A DNA stretch of 64,000 nucleotides from Dehalococcoidia bacterium. Its GTDB lineage: Bacteria > Chloroflexota > Dehalococcoidia > Bin125. Location: the NCBI GenBank assembly GCA_034421135.1, contig DAOUKQ010000010.1:21659-85658 (forward strand). The letters run 5' to 3'. This document shows positions 1 to 8,882 of the stretch, one piece after another (position 1 is the first letter of the stretch; each line of letters starts with the position of its first letter). The notes under the pieces were generated by a model, which saw nothing but the letters and a program-made list of their open reading frames with translations, did no database searches and was not told where the DNA came from. The translations under genes and the position numbers were made by a program.

Positions 1-242
1 GGCGCGGGCGTCTCGTTCCCAGTCCTCCGCCCAATCCTGCGCGAACTCGCCGGCGGTGACGTCGTCGAGATGTACGACTCGGCCTTCGGCTTTGGAGACG
101 ATCTTCTGCGTGACCACGAGGACATCACCCGCTTCGAGCGGGGTTTCCTGCGCGGTCAGCGCGACATCGATGAGTTCGGCCAGGTCGTCGCCGGCGACGA
201 CCTCGGGAATCCCGCCGACCGCGAATACCCGGTACTCGGAAG
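1..242 (-). CDS. cofE: F420-0:gamma-glutamyl ligase CofE, N-terminal part; gene runs off the left edge of the window
   Basis: Hand translation of the minus strand from the ATG at 242-240 gives [64 protein letters not shown]..., which matches the conserved CofE N-terminus (GDDLA..LI...[15 protein letters not shown]). It lies 10 nt downstream of npdG on the same strand. It is not in the ORF track because it is truncated. Confidence 0.6.
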
Positions 243-251
243 GTGGCGCCA

Positions 252-917
252 TCAGTCGATCCCCACCATGCGGACAGCCGCCTGCGTCTTGTAGCGCATG
301 TTCATGCCGATGATCAGGGCGGTCAGGTCCTCGACGAACTTGGACATCGAGAGCGGACCTGCGTCGATCGGACGCAGATCCGGCATCTTCAGAACCAGAT
401 CCACCACCGCTTGCTTGGCATCGGCGTCGTCGCCGGTGATCAGTACGTCGCCCTCCATCGGATCCGCGAGCTTCTGCAGTTTGCGCGCGCTGAGGTTGTG
501 GAACGCGCCGACGACCCTGGCGTCGGGCAGCAGCGCCTGCGCTTGTTCGGTCGCCGAGCCTTGCGCCACGTCCTCGATGCCGGGTACCCGATTCTCCATG
601 GTCAGCGGGACCGCGGCGTCGATCACGAGCTTGTCGCCGATTGCGTCGCGAAGATCGTTGAGCGTCGCCTCGTGGCCGTCGAAGGGGACGACGATGATGA
701 CGACATCGGACTGCTCCACCACGTCGCGGTTGACGCCGCCGCCGGCATCGGCCGTCGCGCCTGCCTCGGCGACCGCGTCGCGGATCGTCTGCGCCGCGTC
801 TTCGGCGCGTTCGATGCGCCGGGAACCGATCAACACCCGCTCGCCGGCCATGGCGAGTCGCATCGCCAGCCCCAACCCCTCCGGTCCCGTGCCGCCGATG
901 AATCCTATGGTCGCCAT
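252..917 (-). CDS. npdG: NADPH-dependent F420 reductase (F420H2:NADP+ oxidoreductase)
   Basis: Rossmann motif [25 protein letters not shown] and overall similarity to Fno/NpdG. The true start is taken at the internal Met 917, because the ORF-track start at 977 adds a 20-aa leader. Confidence 0.75.
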   Translation of the reverse strand: MATIGFIGGTGPEGLGLAMRLAMAGERVLIGSRRIERAEDAAQTIRDAVAEAGATADAGGGVNRDVVEQSDVVIIVVPFDGHEATLNDLRDAIGDKLVIDAAVPLTMENRVPGIEDVAQGSATEQAQALLPDARVVGAFHNLSARKLQKLADPMEGDVLITGDDADAKQAVVDLVLKMPDLRPIDAGPLSMSKFVEDLTALIIGMNMRYKTQAAVRMVGID

Positions 918-1013
918 GCGCACTCCTGATCTGTGCCTAAACTGGAATGGCGGCTCGCGCCGCACGCACGATAGCAAGGCTAACGCCCAACACGCTCAGG
1001 CTCACTCGAACCC

Positions 1014-1895
1014 GTGTCCAGCATCAGCACCGCTCCGCCAACCAACGTACCGTTTGTGATCAAGCACCCGATCGAGCCGGATGCCGAGCCCGCGGTGCGC
1101 CTGCGCGATGCGCGGCTGTCCTATGAGACGAATGAAGGGGCCGCGCTTGAGGCGGTTGCTCCGACCACGCTGACCATTCGCGCCGGCGAGTTCACGGCGC
1201 TGGTCGGACCGTCGGGCTGCGGCAAGACGTCGTTGATGCGTATCATCGCCGGTCTGACGGCGCCGTCGGGCGGGGAGATCATGGTCTTCGGCCAGTCCCC
1301 ACGCGACGCCCAGCGGCACAAGCGGCTGGGCCTGGTGTTCCAGGAGCCGGCCCTGCTCGCCTGGCGCAGCGTCGAGGACAACATCCGTCTGGGCCTGCAA
1401 CTCAACCCGAAAGAGACGCACTCGACCGCCGAGATCAAAGAGTTGATTGAAATCGTCGGGCTGCGCGGCTTCGAGCGCTACCGCCCGGCGGAGCTTTCGG
1501 GAGGCATGCAACAGCGGGTCGCGCTGGCCCGAGCGCTGGCCATCGATCCGCCGCTGTTGCTGCTCGACGAGCCGTTCGCGGCCCTGGACGAGATCACCCG
1601 CGAGCAGATGCGCTATGAGTTGCAACGGCTCTGGGCCGTCTCTCACGACCCGACGGAGCCGCCCAGATCGGCCATCTTCGTCACGCATTCCGTACCCGAG
1701 GCGGTCGCGATCGCCGACCGCGTGCTGGTGATGTCGCCGCGACCGGGACGGATCATCGCCGACATTCCGATCAGCGCGCCGCGGCCCAGACGCCCCGAGC
1801 ACGAGCACTCGGACCGCTTCATCAACGACACCGCCATCGTCCGCGCCGCGCTGCGCTCACCAACCACGACCGCCGTTCCGCTCGACGCCGCCTGA
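1014..1895 (+). CDS. ABC transporter ATP-binding protein, NitT/TauT (SsuB/TauB-like) family
   Basis: Walker A GPSGCGKTS, ABC signature LSGGMQQRVALARAL and Walker B LLLDEPFAALD. The GTG start at 1014 is uncertain. Confidence 0.85.
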   Translation: MSSISTAPPTNVPFVIKHPIEPDAEPAVRLRDARLSYETNEGAALEAVAPTTLTIRAGEFTALVGPSGCGKTSLMRIIAGLTAPSGGEIMVFGQSPRDAQRHKRLGLVFQEPALLAWRSVEDNIRLGLQLNPKETHSTAEIKELIEIVGLRGFERYRPAELSGGMQQRVALARALAIDPPLLLLDEPFAALDEITREQMRYELQRLWAVSHDPTEPPRSAIFVTHSVPEAVAIADRVLVMSPRPGRIIADIPISAPRPRRPEHEHSDRFINDTAIVRAALRSPTTTAVPLDAA

Positions 1896-1903
1896 GCACC
1901 ACC

Positions 1904-2752
1904 ATGATCTCCGAACCGATCCACGACCTGGACGCATTCGACGCACCCGAGCGGCGGCGGTTTGCGCCGTCTCCGCCCGATCTCCGGCCGTTGATCGGCT
2001 GGGTGCTGCCGCCGCTGATCGCGCTGCTGTTGCTCGCCGTCGCGGTCGAGCTGTGGGTCCGCATCGGCGACGTATCGATCTGGCTGATGCCCCGTCCGAC
2101 GGCGGTGATTGAGAACTTCTTCGTCGACTTCGGACGCTACTTCGGCGAAGGGCTGAAGACGCTGGGCGTGTCGTTGGGCGGACTGGCGATCGGCACGGCC
2201 GCCGCGACCCTGCTCGCCGCCGGGGTTGCGCATTCCAGCATCCTCGAACGCGCCGTGCTGCCGATCGCCATCATGGTTAAGGTCACGCCGGTCGTGGCGC
2301 TGATTCCGCTGTTCATCATCTGGTTGGGACACGGCTGGAACCCGAAGATCGCGATTGCCGCGCTGATCACCTACTTCCCGGTTCTGATCAACGCAATTGC
2401 CGGATTCCGCGATGTCGATCCACGGATGTACGATTTCTTCCGCTCGGTCGATGCATCGACCTGGGAGATCTTCCGCCACCTGCGTCTGCCGGCGGCGGTG
2501 CCGTATCTGTTCGCATCGCTGAAGATCTCGGTCACGCTCTCGCTCATTGGGGCGGTGGTGGCTGAGTTCTTTCTGTCCGGACAGGGCGGACTGGGCGCCG
2601 TGATCTGGATTGAGCAGAACAATCTGCGCCTGGAGCAAGTCTTCGCCGCCGTATTGATGCTGACCGTGATCGGCGTGACGCTATCCACTGCGGTGGTCGT
2701 CGCCGAGCGACTCTTCTCCTGGCGCCTCGACCAACCCGTGACCGCCTCGTAA
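1904..2752 (+). CDS. ABC transporter permease (SsuC/TauC-like)
   Basis: Multi-TM hydrophobic protein with the BPD_transp_1-like core, immediately downstream of the ATPase. Confidence 0.85.
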   Translation: MISEPIHDLDAFDAPERRRFAPSPPDLRPLIGWVLPPLIALLLLAVAVELWVRIGDVSIWLMPRPTAVIENFFVDFGRYFGEGLKTLGVSLGGLAIGTAAATLLAAGVAHSSILERAVLPIAIMVKVTPVVALIPLFIIWLGHGWNPKIAIAALITYFPVLINAIAGFRDVDPRMYDFFRSVDASTWEIFRHLRLPAAVPYLFASLKISVTLSLIGAVVAEFFLSGQGGLGAVIWIEQNNLRLEQVFAAVLMLTVIGVTLSTAVVVAERLFSWRLDQPVTAS

Positions 2753-2772
2753 GCTCAGCCACTGGAGCCACC

Positions 2773-3057
2773 ATGACCACTTCCGATTCGTCCCTCGACG
2801 ACACCGACAACGCCGAGAACACCGACTACCGGCTGCCCCGGCAGCGCGAGGCGCGGCAAGCCGATGCTGTCGTGATCAAGTTCTCCAACGATGGACTCGT
2901 GCTCGAACTCGAAGGCGACGACGTCGATCTGGGCACCGACCTCAAGGTCCGCAACGAGCACCGGTTGATCGCCGAGTTCCGACGCGACGCGGTCGACGGC
3001 TGGTGGTTCAAGTCGTCGGTCCTCGCCGAGCCGAAGCAGGTTCAACCCGACGCCTGA
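2773..3057 (+). CDS. hypothetical small acidic protein inside the ABC operon
   Basis: 94-aa ORF in the operon gap between the permease and the binding protein, with an upstream GGAG-like motif. No recognised family. Confidence 0.35.
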   Translation: MTTSDSSLDDTDNAENTDYRLPRQREARQADAVVIKFSNDGLVLELEGDDVDLGTDLKVRNEHRLIAEFRRDAVDGWWFKSSVLAEPKQVQPDA

Positions 3058-3210
3058 CCCGTTCTCCACCGGGAACTTGCCCGAATTCGCGGGCATTCAT
3101 AAGCTGGTTATCGGTCGCTATCGCTGCGGTAACCCCGTGGAGGCGGCTCCGGCTAGCCGGCCCGGCCATGAGATTCGTCCGGCATCCGACCAGCCAGGAA
3201 GCCTACCTCC

Positions 3211-4251
3211 ATGCCCCCGTTCGACGTTTCCATTCGCACACCGCTGCTGTGGTTGACTGCCGTTCTCGCGGTACTTGCCGCCGGTTTCGCTGTCGCCTGC
3301 TCGGGCGACGACTCAGACGACCTGCTCTCGATGACCTACATGGGCGGCTTCGTCCCCCAGGCCAATCTGCCCTTCGTCGCTGTGTACGTAGCCGAGGACC
3401 AGGGATTCTTCGCCGATGAAGGACTGGAAGTCGACATCCAGCACGCGGGCTTCACCGGCAGCCACAAGAGCCTGATACTCGCAGGCGAGATCGATATCAC
3501 CACGTTGCCTGCGTCCGAGATGCTGCAGGTCCGCGCCAACTCCGGCGCGCCGTACGTCGCGGTGATGCTCTTCGGACAACGCGGCGACTTCGGCTACGCC
3601 GTGCTCAACTCCTCAGGGATTTCGTCGCCGGCCGATTTCGCCGGTCGCAATGTCGGCTTCAAGGGCATCGTCCAAGCCGAGTTTCACGCGATGCTCGCCG
3701 CGCACAACCTGACGACCGACGACATGAACATGATTGACGTCGGATTCAATCCGGTCGTCCTGGTCGAGCAGCAGGTCGAGGTGTACCCGGTCTTCCTCTC
3801 GAACGAGCCCGACAGCCTGTCGCGCAATCTCAACCAGGAGATCACCGTCTTCGAGGCCGCCGATTACGGCGTGCCGACACTCGGCGTGGTCTACCTGGTG
3901 ACCGAGGAGTTCCTCGAGGACGAGACCAACCGCGAAAAGCTCGAGCGGTTCTTGCGCGCCACCGTCCGCGCCTTCGAGTTTGCCGCAGAGGACCCGGCCG
4001 CCGCGATTGAGTCGACCGAGAAGTTCCTCGCCGAGGACCCGCCGCCCGACCTGGTCCACGAGCGATTCATCCTCGACACGGAGCTGGAGAACGCGCTCAG
4101 CGACCTGACCCGCGCCAACGGCGTCGGCTGGTTCACCCAGCAGCAGTTCCGAGCGCTCACCGATGTCCTGATCGAGTACGGAGCACTGGAAGACGACATC
4201 GATGTCGAAGCGGCCATCGATCGCTCGTTCCTCGAAGAGATTCACCGATAG
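3211..4251 (+). CDS. ABC transporter substrate-binding lipoprotein (NMT1/THI5/SsuA-like)
   Basis: Signal peptide with lipobox (AVACSG) and similarity to NMT1/SsuA-type periplasmic binding proteins. Confidence 0.8.
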   Translation: MPPFDVSIRTPLLWLTAVLAVLAAGFAVACSGDDSDDLLSMTYMGGFVPQANLPFVAVYVAEDQGFFADEGLEVDIQHAGFTGSHKSLILAGEIDITTLPASEMLQVRANSGAPYVAVMLFGQRGDFGYAVLNSSGISSPADFAGRNVGFKGIVQAEFHAMLAAHNLTTDDMNMIDVGFNPVVLVEQQVEVYPVFLSNEPDSLSRNLNQEITVFEAADYGVPTLGVVYLVTEEFLEDETNREKLERFLRATVRAFEFAAEDPAAAIESTEKFLAEDPPPDLVHERFILDTELENALSDLTRANGVGWFTQQQFRALTDVLIEYGALEDDIDVEAAIDRSFLEEIHR

Positions 4252-4289
4252 GGACGGTCGGTCGGCGATTCACCCCGCTCCCTTTGGAG

Positions 4290-4445
4290 ACCCGAGCGTA
4301 AACCAGATCCGGTCCCCTCTCCCCGCGGGAGAGGGTGAGGGTGAGGACCCTCGGTGGCCCCGATGAGTGGCGATGACCAGATAGGCAGAGGCCGCCGGAC
4401 CCTCACCCCGGCCCTCTCCCGGAGGGAGAGGGAGTAAGACCCCAG
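4290..4445. repeat. palindromic intergenic repeat element, family 1, copy A (composite: two inverted hairpin units)
   Basis: Carries gcgtaaaccagatccgg, the hairpin cccctctccccgcgggagaggg, then ...ccctctcccggagggagaggg and gtaagaccccagcga. It matches the reverse complement of the copy at 25338-25446 and has an extra inverted unit. The ORF-track entry 4242..4457(-) lies inside it and is an artefact. Confidence 0.7.
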
Positions 4446-4494
4446 CGACTTATGCACAGGTCTCTTTAGGAAGTGGGGACCGGAGGGATCGAAT

Positions 4495-4992
4495 CTAGCC
4501 GCGGCTGCGGAGGAACTTTTCCTGGCCGGGGGTGGGCTTGTCGCCCGGATAGTGCAGCTTCTTGAGTTCCGGGCGACGCGGGAAGATATGCACCGCGTCC
4601 CAACCGCAGGACTGCTCGCAGAGACGGCAGCCGGTGCAGTTCTTCTCGATCACCACGGCCTGGCCGAAGAAGTCGGAGGCCGACTCGGTGAAGTCGAGTT
4701 CGAGCGCGTCGAACGGGCAGACGTTGATGCAGATTTCGCAGCCTGAGCCGATGCACTTGTCGGCGTCGACCTGCGCTTTGGGCCATTCCTTCTTGGCGAA
4801 CTTGCGGCAGATATCGCCGTCTTCATCGAGGATGCACTCGACCGGGCAGACCGCGCCGCAGGCGCCGCAGTCGATGCAGAGGGCCGGGTCGATGTAGTGA
4901 ATCGCATTGCGCTCGCCCCAGATGGCGTTGGTAGGGCAGCGGTTGGTGCAGGCCGTACAGCCGATGCACGTTTCAACGATTTCGTATGACAC
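4495..4992 (-). CDS. 4Fe-4S ferredoxin, four Cys-cluster motifs (polyferredoxin-like)
   Basis: Four CxxCxxCxxxCP-type motifs: CIGCTACTNRCP, CIDCGACGAVCP, CIGSGCEICINVCP and CTGCRLCEQSC. Confidence 0.8.
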   Translation of the reverse strand: MSYEIVETCIGCTACTNRCPTNAIWGERNAIHYIDPALCIDCGACGAVCPVECILDEDGDICRKFAKKEWPKAQVDADKCIGSGCEICINVCPFDALELDFTESASDFFGQAVVIEKNCTGCRLCEQSCGWDAVHIFPRRPELKKLHYPGDKPTPGQEKFLRSRG

Positions 4993-5136
4993 GACGCACT
5001 CCTCTGCGTTCCCACTACACGCTCATGCGATTATATCCGCCGCGTGAAACGACATTCAATCAACGGCAAGACCGCGCGTCCACCTGGGGCATATGCTCCT
5101 ATAGTGAGACTGAGGCGGTCGGGATTGGTATCGACT

Positions 5137-6504
5137 ATGCGCAGATTACGCCCGCGCGGGCCTCGCGTCGTCCTTGGATTCTCCATTGGGCTGCTCCTGA
5201 TTACGATGCTGGCCGCCGCCTGCAGCGACGACACGCCCACGGTTGAGGATTCCGAGCAGGCCCAGTCGGAGCAAGCGGACGCCGCTGCACAGCCCCAGCA
5301 GGAACAGCAAGCGGAACCGATCGACGCCGCCCAGCAAGAGGGAGCCGAATCAACGGCGCAAGAGCAGGCCGCTGCACAGGAGCAGGCCGCCCAGCAGCAG
5401 TCCCAGGCCGAGCAAGAGCCGGCCGAGGAACAGGCCGACGCTCAATCGACCCAGTCCGAGCCAGTCGCAGACGACCCCGATCGTGACATCCTGATCGAGG
5501 GCGAGCTGTTTGCCTCATCGCTGGGACCGGACGAGGACGAGCGTCAGTTCCGCTTCCAGGCGGCGACCGGCGCCTGGCTGCGCGTCCATGTCGACGGCAA
5601 GGGCGGCATGGATCCCGTGGTCACGCTGCTCGATCCCGACGGCGTTGAAGTGGCCGTCAACGACGATCTCTCAACCACCAATCGCGACTCGCTGCTGATT
5701 GCCCAGGTACCCGTCGAGGGCTTGCAGTTCATCCGCGTGCAGCCGTTCGACTCCAACAGCCGCGGCGATTTCGTCATCCAGGTACAGACGCTGACGATCG
5801 GCGCGGACGACGACAACGCCGTCATTGCCGTTGGTACGAGCGCCGACGGTCGCCTGAACACTCCCAACGATGTGGACGTGTTCGAATTCCAGGTCGAGGC
5901 CGGTCAGCAGGTGTTCGTCCAGGTCGACGGCGACACCGGAGTGGATGTCTTCGCACAGCTCCTGCAGCCGGACGGCAACCTCGTCCAGATCGACGACGAC
6001 GGCGGACATGGTCTGGACTCCGAGATCTATTTCACGGCCGACACGGCCGGGCTCTGGCGAGTCGAAGTCTGGCCCGCGGTCAACCGGGCGGGGCAGCGCC
6101 AGTTGATCGGCGCGTACCGGGTCACGGTTCGCGAGGGTCTGCCGACGAGTGCCGTGAACGACGCCGTCGCCTCCGACCTCGCCGCTGCCGCGCTGACCTT
6201 CCTGCAAGCGCTTCGCGACGGCGACGCGCTCACCATCCTGGCGCTCGCCGGACCGGAGGCGCTCACGATCTGGGGCTGGGACGACGACAGCGACGTGGGC
6301 CGCGACATCCAGAAGATCCAATCGATCGATCTCGGCGGCGAGATCCTGCAGACGGCGTCCTTCGGCGATGTCCTGAATCCCGCTCGGGGCCGTGCATACC
6401 TGCAGTTCAGCGAGGATGACTGGATGCGATTCGAGCTGATCCAGCTCGGCGGCCGCTGGCTCGTCGACGATTGGGCACACAGCATTGGACCGCCGGGTTC
6501 TTGA
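5137..6504 (+). CDS. secreted lipoprotein with a Q/E/A-rich acidic linker and two pre-peptidase C-terminal (PPC)-like beta-sandwich domains
   Basis: Signal peptide with lipobox MRRLRPRG...LLITMLAAAC|SDD. About 90 aa of low-complexity QAEQE linker follows. Two repeats fit the PPC-domain pattern (G.LNTPNDVDVFEFQVEAGQ...VQVDG.). The start is taken at Met 5137 rather than the ORF-track start at 5044. Confidence 0.7.
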   Translation: MRRLRPRGPRVVLGFSIGLLLITMLAAACSDDTPTVEDSEQAQSEQADAAAQPQQEQQAEPIDAAQQEGAESTAQEQAAAQEQAAQQQSQAEQEPAEEQADAQSTQSEPVADDPDRDILIEGELFASSLGPDEDERQFRFQAATGAWLRVHVDGKGGMDPVVTLLDPDGVEVAVNDDLSTTNRDSLLIAQVPVEGLQFIRVQPFDSNSRGDFVIQVQTLTIGADDDNAVIAVGTSADGRLNTPNDVDVFEFQVEAGQQVFVQVDGDTGVDVFAQLLQPDGNLVQIDDDGGHGLDSEIYFTADTAGLWRVEVWPAVNRAGQRQLIGAYRVTVREGLPTSAVNDAVASDLAAAALTFLQALRDGDALTILALAGPEALTIWGWDDDSDVGRDIQKIQSIDLGGEILQTASFGDVLNPARGRAYLQFSEDDWMRFELIQLGGRWLVDDWAHSIGPPGS

Positions 6505-6602
6505 TCTGTTCACGATCGGCTCCGCTGGCCCAGACTCCAGCTGCTGATATCGTCACTGCGTATCCACAAAGTGAGCGCCTCGCAGCAGGTGGAGCGATTG
6601 CC

Positions 6603-7049
6603 ATGACCGATCAACAGAACGATGCCGACGGCCCGCTTGACGCCGTGATCGTGATGACCAACGGCGCCGATGCCGAGTGGTCGAATCACCGTTCGGGCAT
6701 GTCGATCCAGTTCGGCGTCTCGGGCGATCTCTCCGGCTCGGAAGAGGTCTTCATGACCCGGCAGAAGATTCCGCCCGGGATGTACTCGACGCCGCACTGG
6801 CACGTCAACTGCGAAACGGCGATCTACATCCTCCAGGGACCGGTCACGATGGCTTACGGCGAGCAACTGGAGCATGTGCACGAGTGCGAGAGTGGCGATT
6901 TCCTCTACGTGCCGCCGCGATCGATCCACCAGATCAGTAATCCACGCGACGATCGCGACGCCGAGGTCGTGCTCTGCCGCAACGCGGCGGAAGAGATCGT
7001 GGCGGAAGTGGACATCCCCGGCGCGCCCGGCTGCTCGCCGGCTGAGTAA
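6603..7049 (+). CDS. cupin domain protein
   Basis: Cupin motifs (HWH...E...GD.LYVP...H), with the start at the internal Met MTDQQ. Confidence 0.65.
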   Translation: MTDQQNDADGPLDAVIVMTNGADAEWSNHRSGMSIQFGVSGDLSGSEEVFMTRQKIPPGMYSTPHWHVNCETAIYILQGPVTMAYGEQLEHVHECESGDFLYVPPRSIHQISNPRDDRDAEVVLCRNAAEEIVAEVDIPGAPGCSPAE

Positions 7050-7082
7050 CCGGTACGCGCATGGAGTTGGTTCCCCGCTGGA

Positions 7083-7118
7083 ACCTCCGTCATACCCGCG
7101 CTTGGCGCGGGTATCTCG
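7083..7118. repeat. short palindromic repeat element, family 2 (stem ATACCCGCGC-ttgg-GCGCGGGTAT)
   Basis: cctccgtcatacccgcgcttggcgcgggtatctcg lies just after the cupin gene. It is a near-identical copy of the element at 30450-30483. Confidence 0.5.
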
Positions 7119-7250
7119 CCGCAACGAGCACCGACGCACGTTCCCATGGCGGCGAGCTTGCCGCGACAGGCGCGGCAATGTCGGAATGCTCTGGGCCCGA
7201 GAAACGCAGTGTGTACAGGTCCTGGCCGCGCTGGCAACTGCTTGGCCGGC

Positions 7251-8840
7251 TTAGCCGGCGGCCATCGCCAGCGATCGCGAAGCGTGTAGCTGATTCAGGT
7301 ACTCGAGCATCGTCGGGATGGCGGTGTGCGCGCCCGCGAGCGCGGTGACCACGAGGTCGGCGCCGATCACGTTGTCGCCGCCGGCGAACACGCCCGGCCT
7401 GGATGTCCGGCCGTGCTGGTCAACGATCACCTCGCCCCAGTCGTTCACGTCGATGCCGGAGTCGGCGTAGAGTTCACGACCCACGTCATATCCGACCGCG
7501 ACCACGAACGCGTCGCAGTCGATTACGAATTCCGACCCCGGAACCGGCGCGGGACGGCGGCGGCCGCTCTCGTCGGGCGCACCGAGGCTCATCCGCACGC
7601 ATTCAACCCCGACCACAGCGCCGTCGCGTTTGACGAGGCCGACCGGCGTGGTCAGGTACTCGAAGATCACGCCCTCTTCGCGCGCGTGGCGGCGCTCTTC
7701 CTCGCGGCCCACCATTTCATTCTCGGTGCGCCGATAGAGCAGCGTGACCTGGTCGGCGCCGAGACGCACGGCGGAACGCACGCAATCCATCGAGGTATCT
7801 CCACCTCCAACGACAACCACCTTGCGTCCCACATCGGGAGTGGACCGCAGGACGGTCGGAAGCATCGTGTCGCCGAGGTTGGCGCGGACCAGGAACTCGG
7901 TGGCGCTGTACACACGCGCCAGTCGCTCGCCATCGAGACCCAGTCGCTTGCCGACGCTCGCGCCGTGCCCGAGGAACACCGCGTCGAAGCGGGACAGTTC
8001 GTCCCAACCGATGTCGACGCCGACTCGAGTGTCGAAGCGGAACTCAACGCCCGCCTCGCTCAGCGCATGGACTTTCTCGTCAACGATGTCCTTGGCCGTC
8101 TTGAAGTTGGGAATGCCGTAGCGCAACACGCCTCCGGCGGCGGGCCAGGATTCGAATACGGTCACGGCGTGACCGGCGATCCGCATCTGCTCGGCGACGG
8201 CCAAGCCGGCCGGCCCCGAGCCGACGACGGCGATGCGCTGTCCGCTCTCGTGCTCCGGCTCGAGAACGGGGAAGCCGCCGCGTTGCTTCCGATCCCAATC
8301 GCCCAGGAAGGCTTCCAGCTTGCCGATAGCGACGGGCTTCGCATTCTTGCCGATCACACACGATCCCTCGCAGAGCGCCTCTTGCGGACAGAGACGCCCA
8401 CAGAGTTCCGGCATCTCCGATGTCCGGCGGAAGACGGCTGCTGCGTCGGCCAGTTTGCCGATCTCGAGGTAGGCGAGCGCGCCGGGAATGTCATTGTCAA
8501 CCGGACAGGCTTGGGTGCAGGGCGCGGCCGGGCATTGGATGCAGCGCTGAGCCTCGAACATCGCCGGTCCTGCGGTATAGCCGTAGTAGACCTCGTCCCA
8601 GTTGCGGACGCGGTCATGCGGAGTCTGCTTGGTCACGTGATGCGGGGGAATGCGTAAGCGCTGTCGCCGATCGATCGGCAGGCCGGCGCGCGTCAACTGC
8701 TGTTTCTTGGCCCGCTGCTTGCCCCGCTGCCCGTTCTGCCGTTTGGTCTGCTGCGGCGCTGCCGACTTGCCTGCCTTGGGCGGCGGTTCCGGCTCGCCGT
8801 GGTTGGAATCGATCGTCTCGTCCGGCATCTCAGCCCACAC
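7251..8840 (-). CDS. gltD: glutamate synthase small-subunit-like NADPH-dependent FAD/Fe-S oxidoreductase (GltD family)
   Basis: Two Cys clusters, FAD/NAD Rossmann motifs (VVGSGPAGL, VVVGGGDTSMDC) and GltD-like N- and C-termini, plus an unusual ~50-aa basic N-terminal extension. Confidence 0.8.
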   Translation of the reverse strand: MWAEMPDETIDSNHGEPEPPPKAGKSAAPQQTKRQNGQRGKQRAKKQQLTRAGLPIDRRQRLRIPPHHVTKQTPHDRVRNWDEVYYGYTAGPAMFEAQRCIQCPAAPCTQACPVDNDIPGALAYLEIGKLADAAAVFRRTSEMPELCGRLCPQEALCEGSCVIGKNAKPVAIGKLEAFLGDWDRKQRGGFPVLEPEHESGQRIAVVGSGPAGLAVAEQMRIAGHAVTVFESWPAAGGVLRYGIPNFKTAKDIVDEKVHALSEAGVEFRFDTRVGVDIGWDELSRFDAVFLGHGASVGKRLGLDGERLARVYSATEFLVRANLGDTMLPTVLRSTPDVGRKVVVVGGGDTSMDCVRSAVRLGADQVTLLYRRTENEMVGREEERRHAREEGVIFEYLTTPVGLVKRDGAVVGVECVRMSLGAPDESGRRRPAPVPGSEFVIDCDAFVVAVGYDVGRELYADSGIDVNDWGEVIVDQHGRTSRPGVFAGGDNVIGADLVVTALAGAHTAIPTMLEYLNQLHASRSLAMAAG

Positions 8841-8851
8841 GCTCCTCGCTC

Positions 8852-8882
8852 TGAACCGTGCGACTACAGCTTCTACGGTTCA
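8852..8882. promoter_or_regulatory. perfect 8-bp inverted repeat TGAACCGT-N15-ACGGTTCA in the divergent promoter region
   Basis: Seen directly between the divergent gltD-like (-) and transglutaminase-like (+) genes. It may be an operator site. Confidence 0.3.

Noticed and set aside
1643-2638. Long antisense ORFs overlapping confirmed genes. Examples: 1643..2638(-), 3613..4245(-), 5671..6513(-), 7326..8657(+), 22869..23945(+), 35014..36789(+), 38150..39715(+), 43945..44892(-), 56128..57135(+), 57288..58280(-), 58108..59744(+), 62729..63868(+).
   Set aside because: They are typical high-GC open-frame artefacts opposite or overlapping genes with strong homology. Their Arg/Ala/Pro-rich composition is not protein-like.
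4242-4457. 71-aa ORF on the minus strand (MHKSLGSY...PLPRGEGTG...)
   Set aside because: It lies entirely within the family-1 palindromic repeat. Its peptide is just the translation of the ccctcaccctcaccctctccc hairpins, so it is not a gene.
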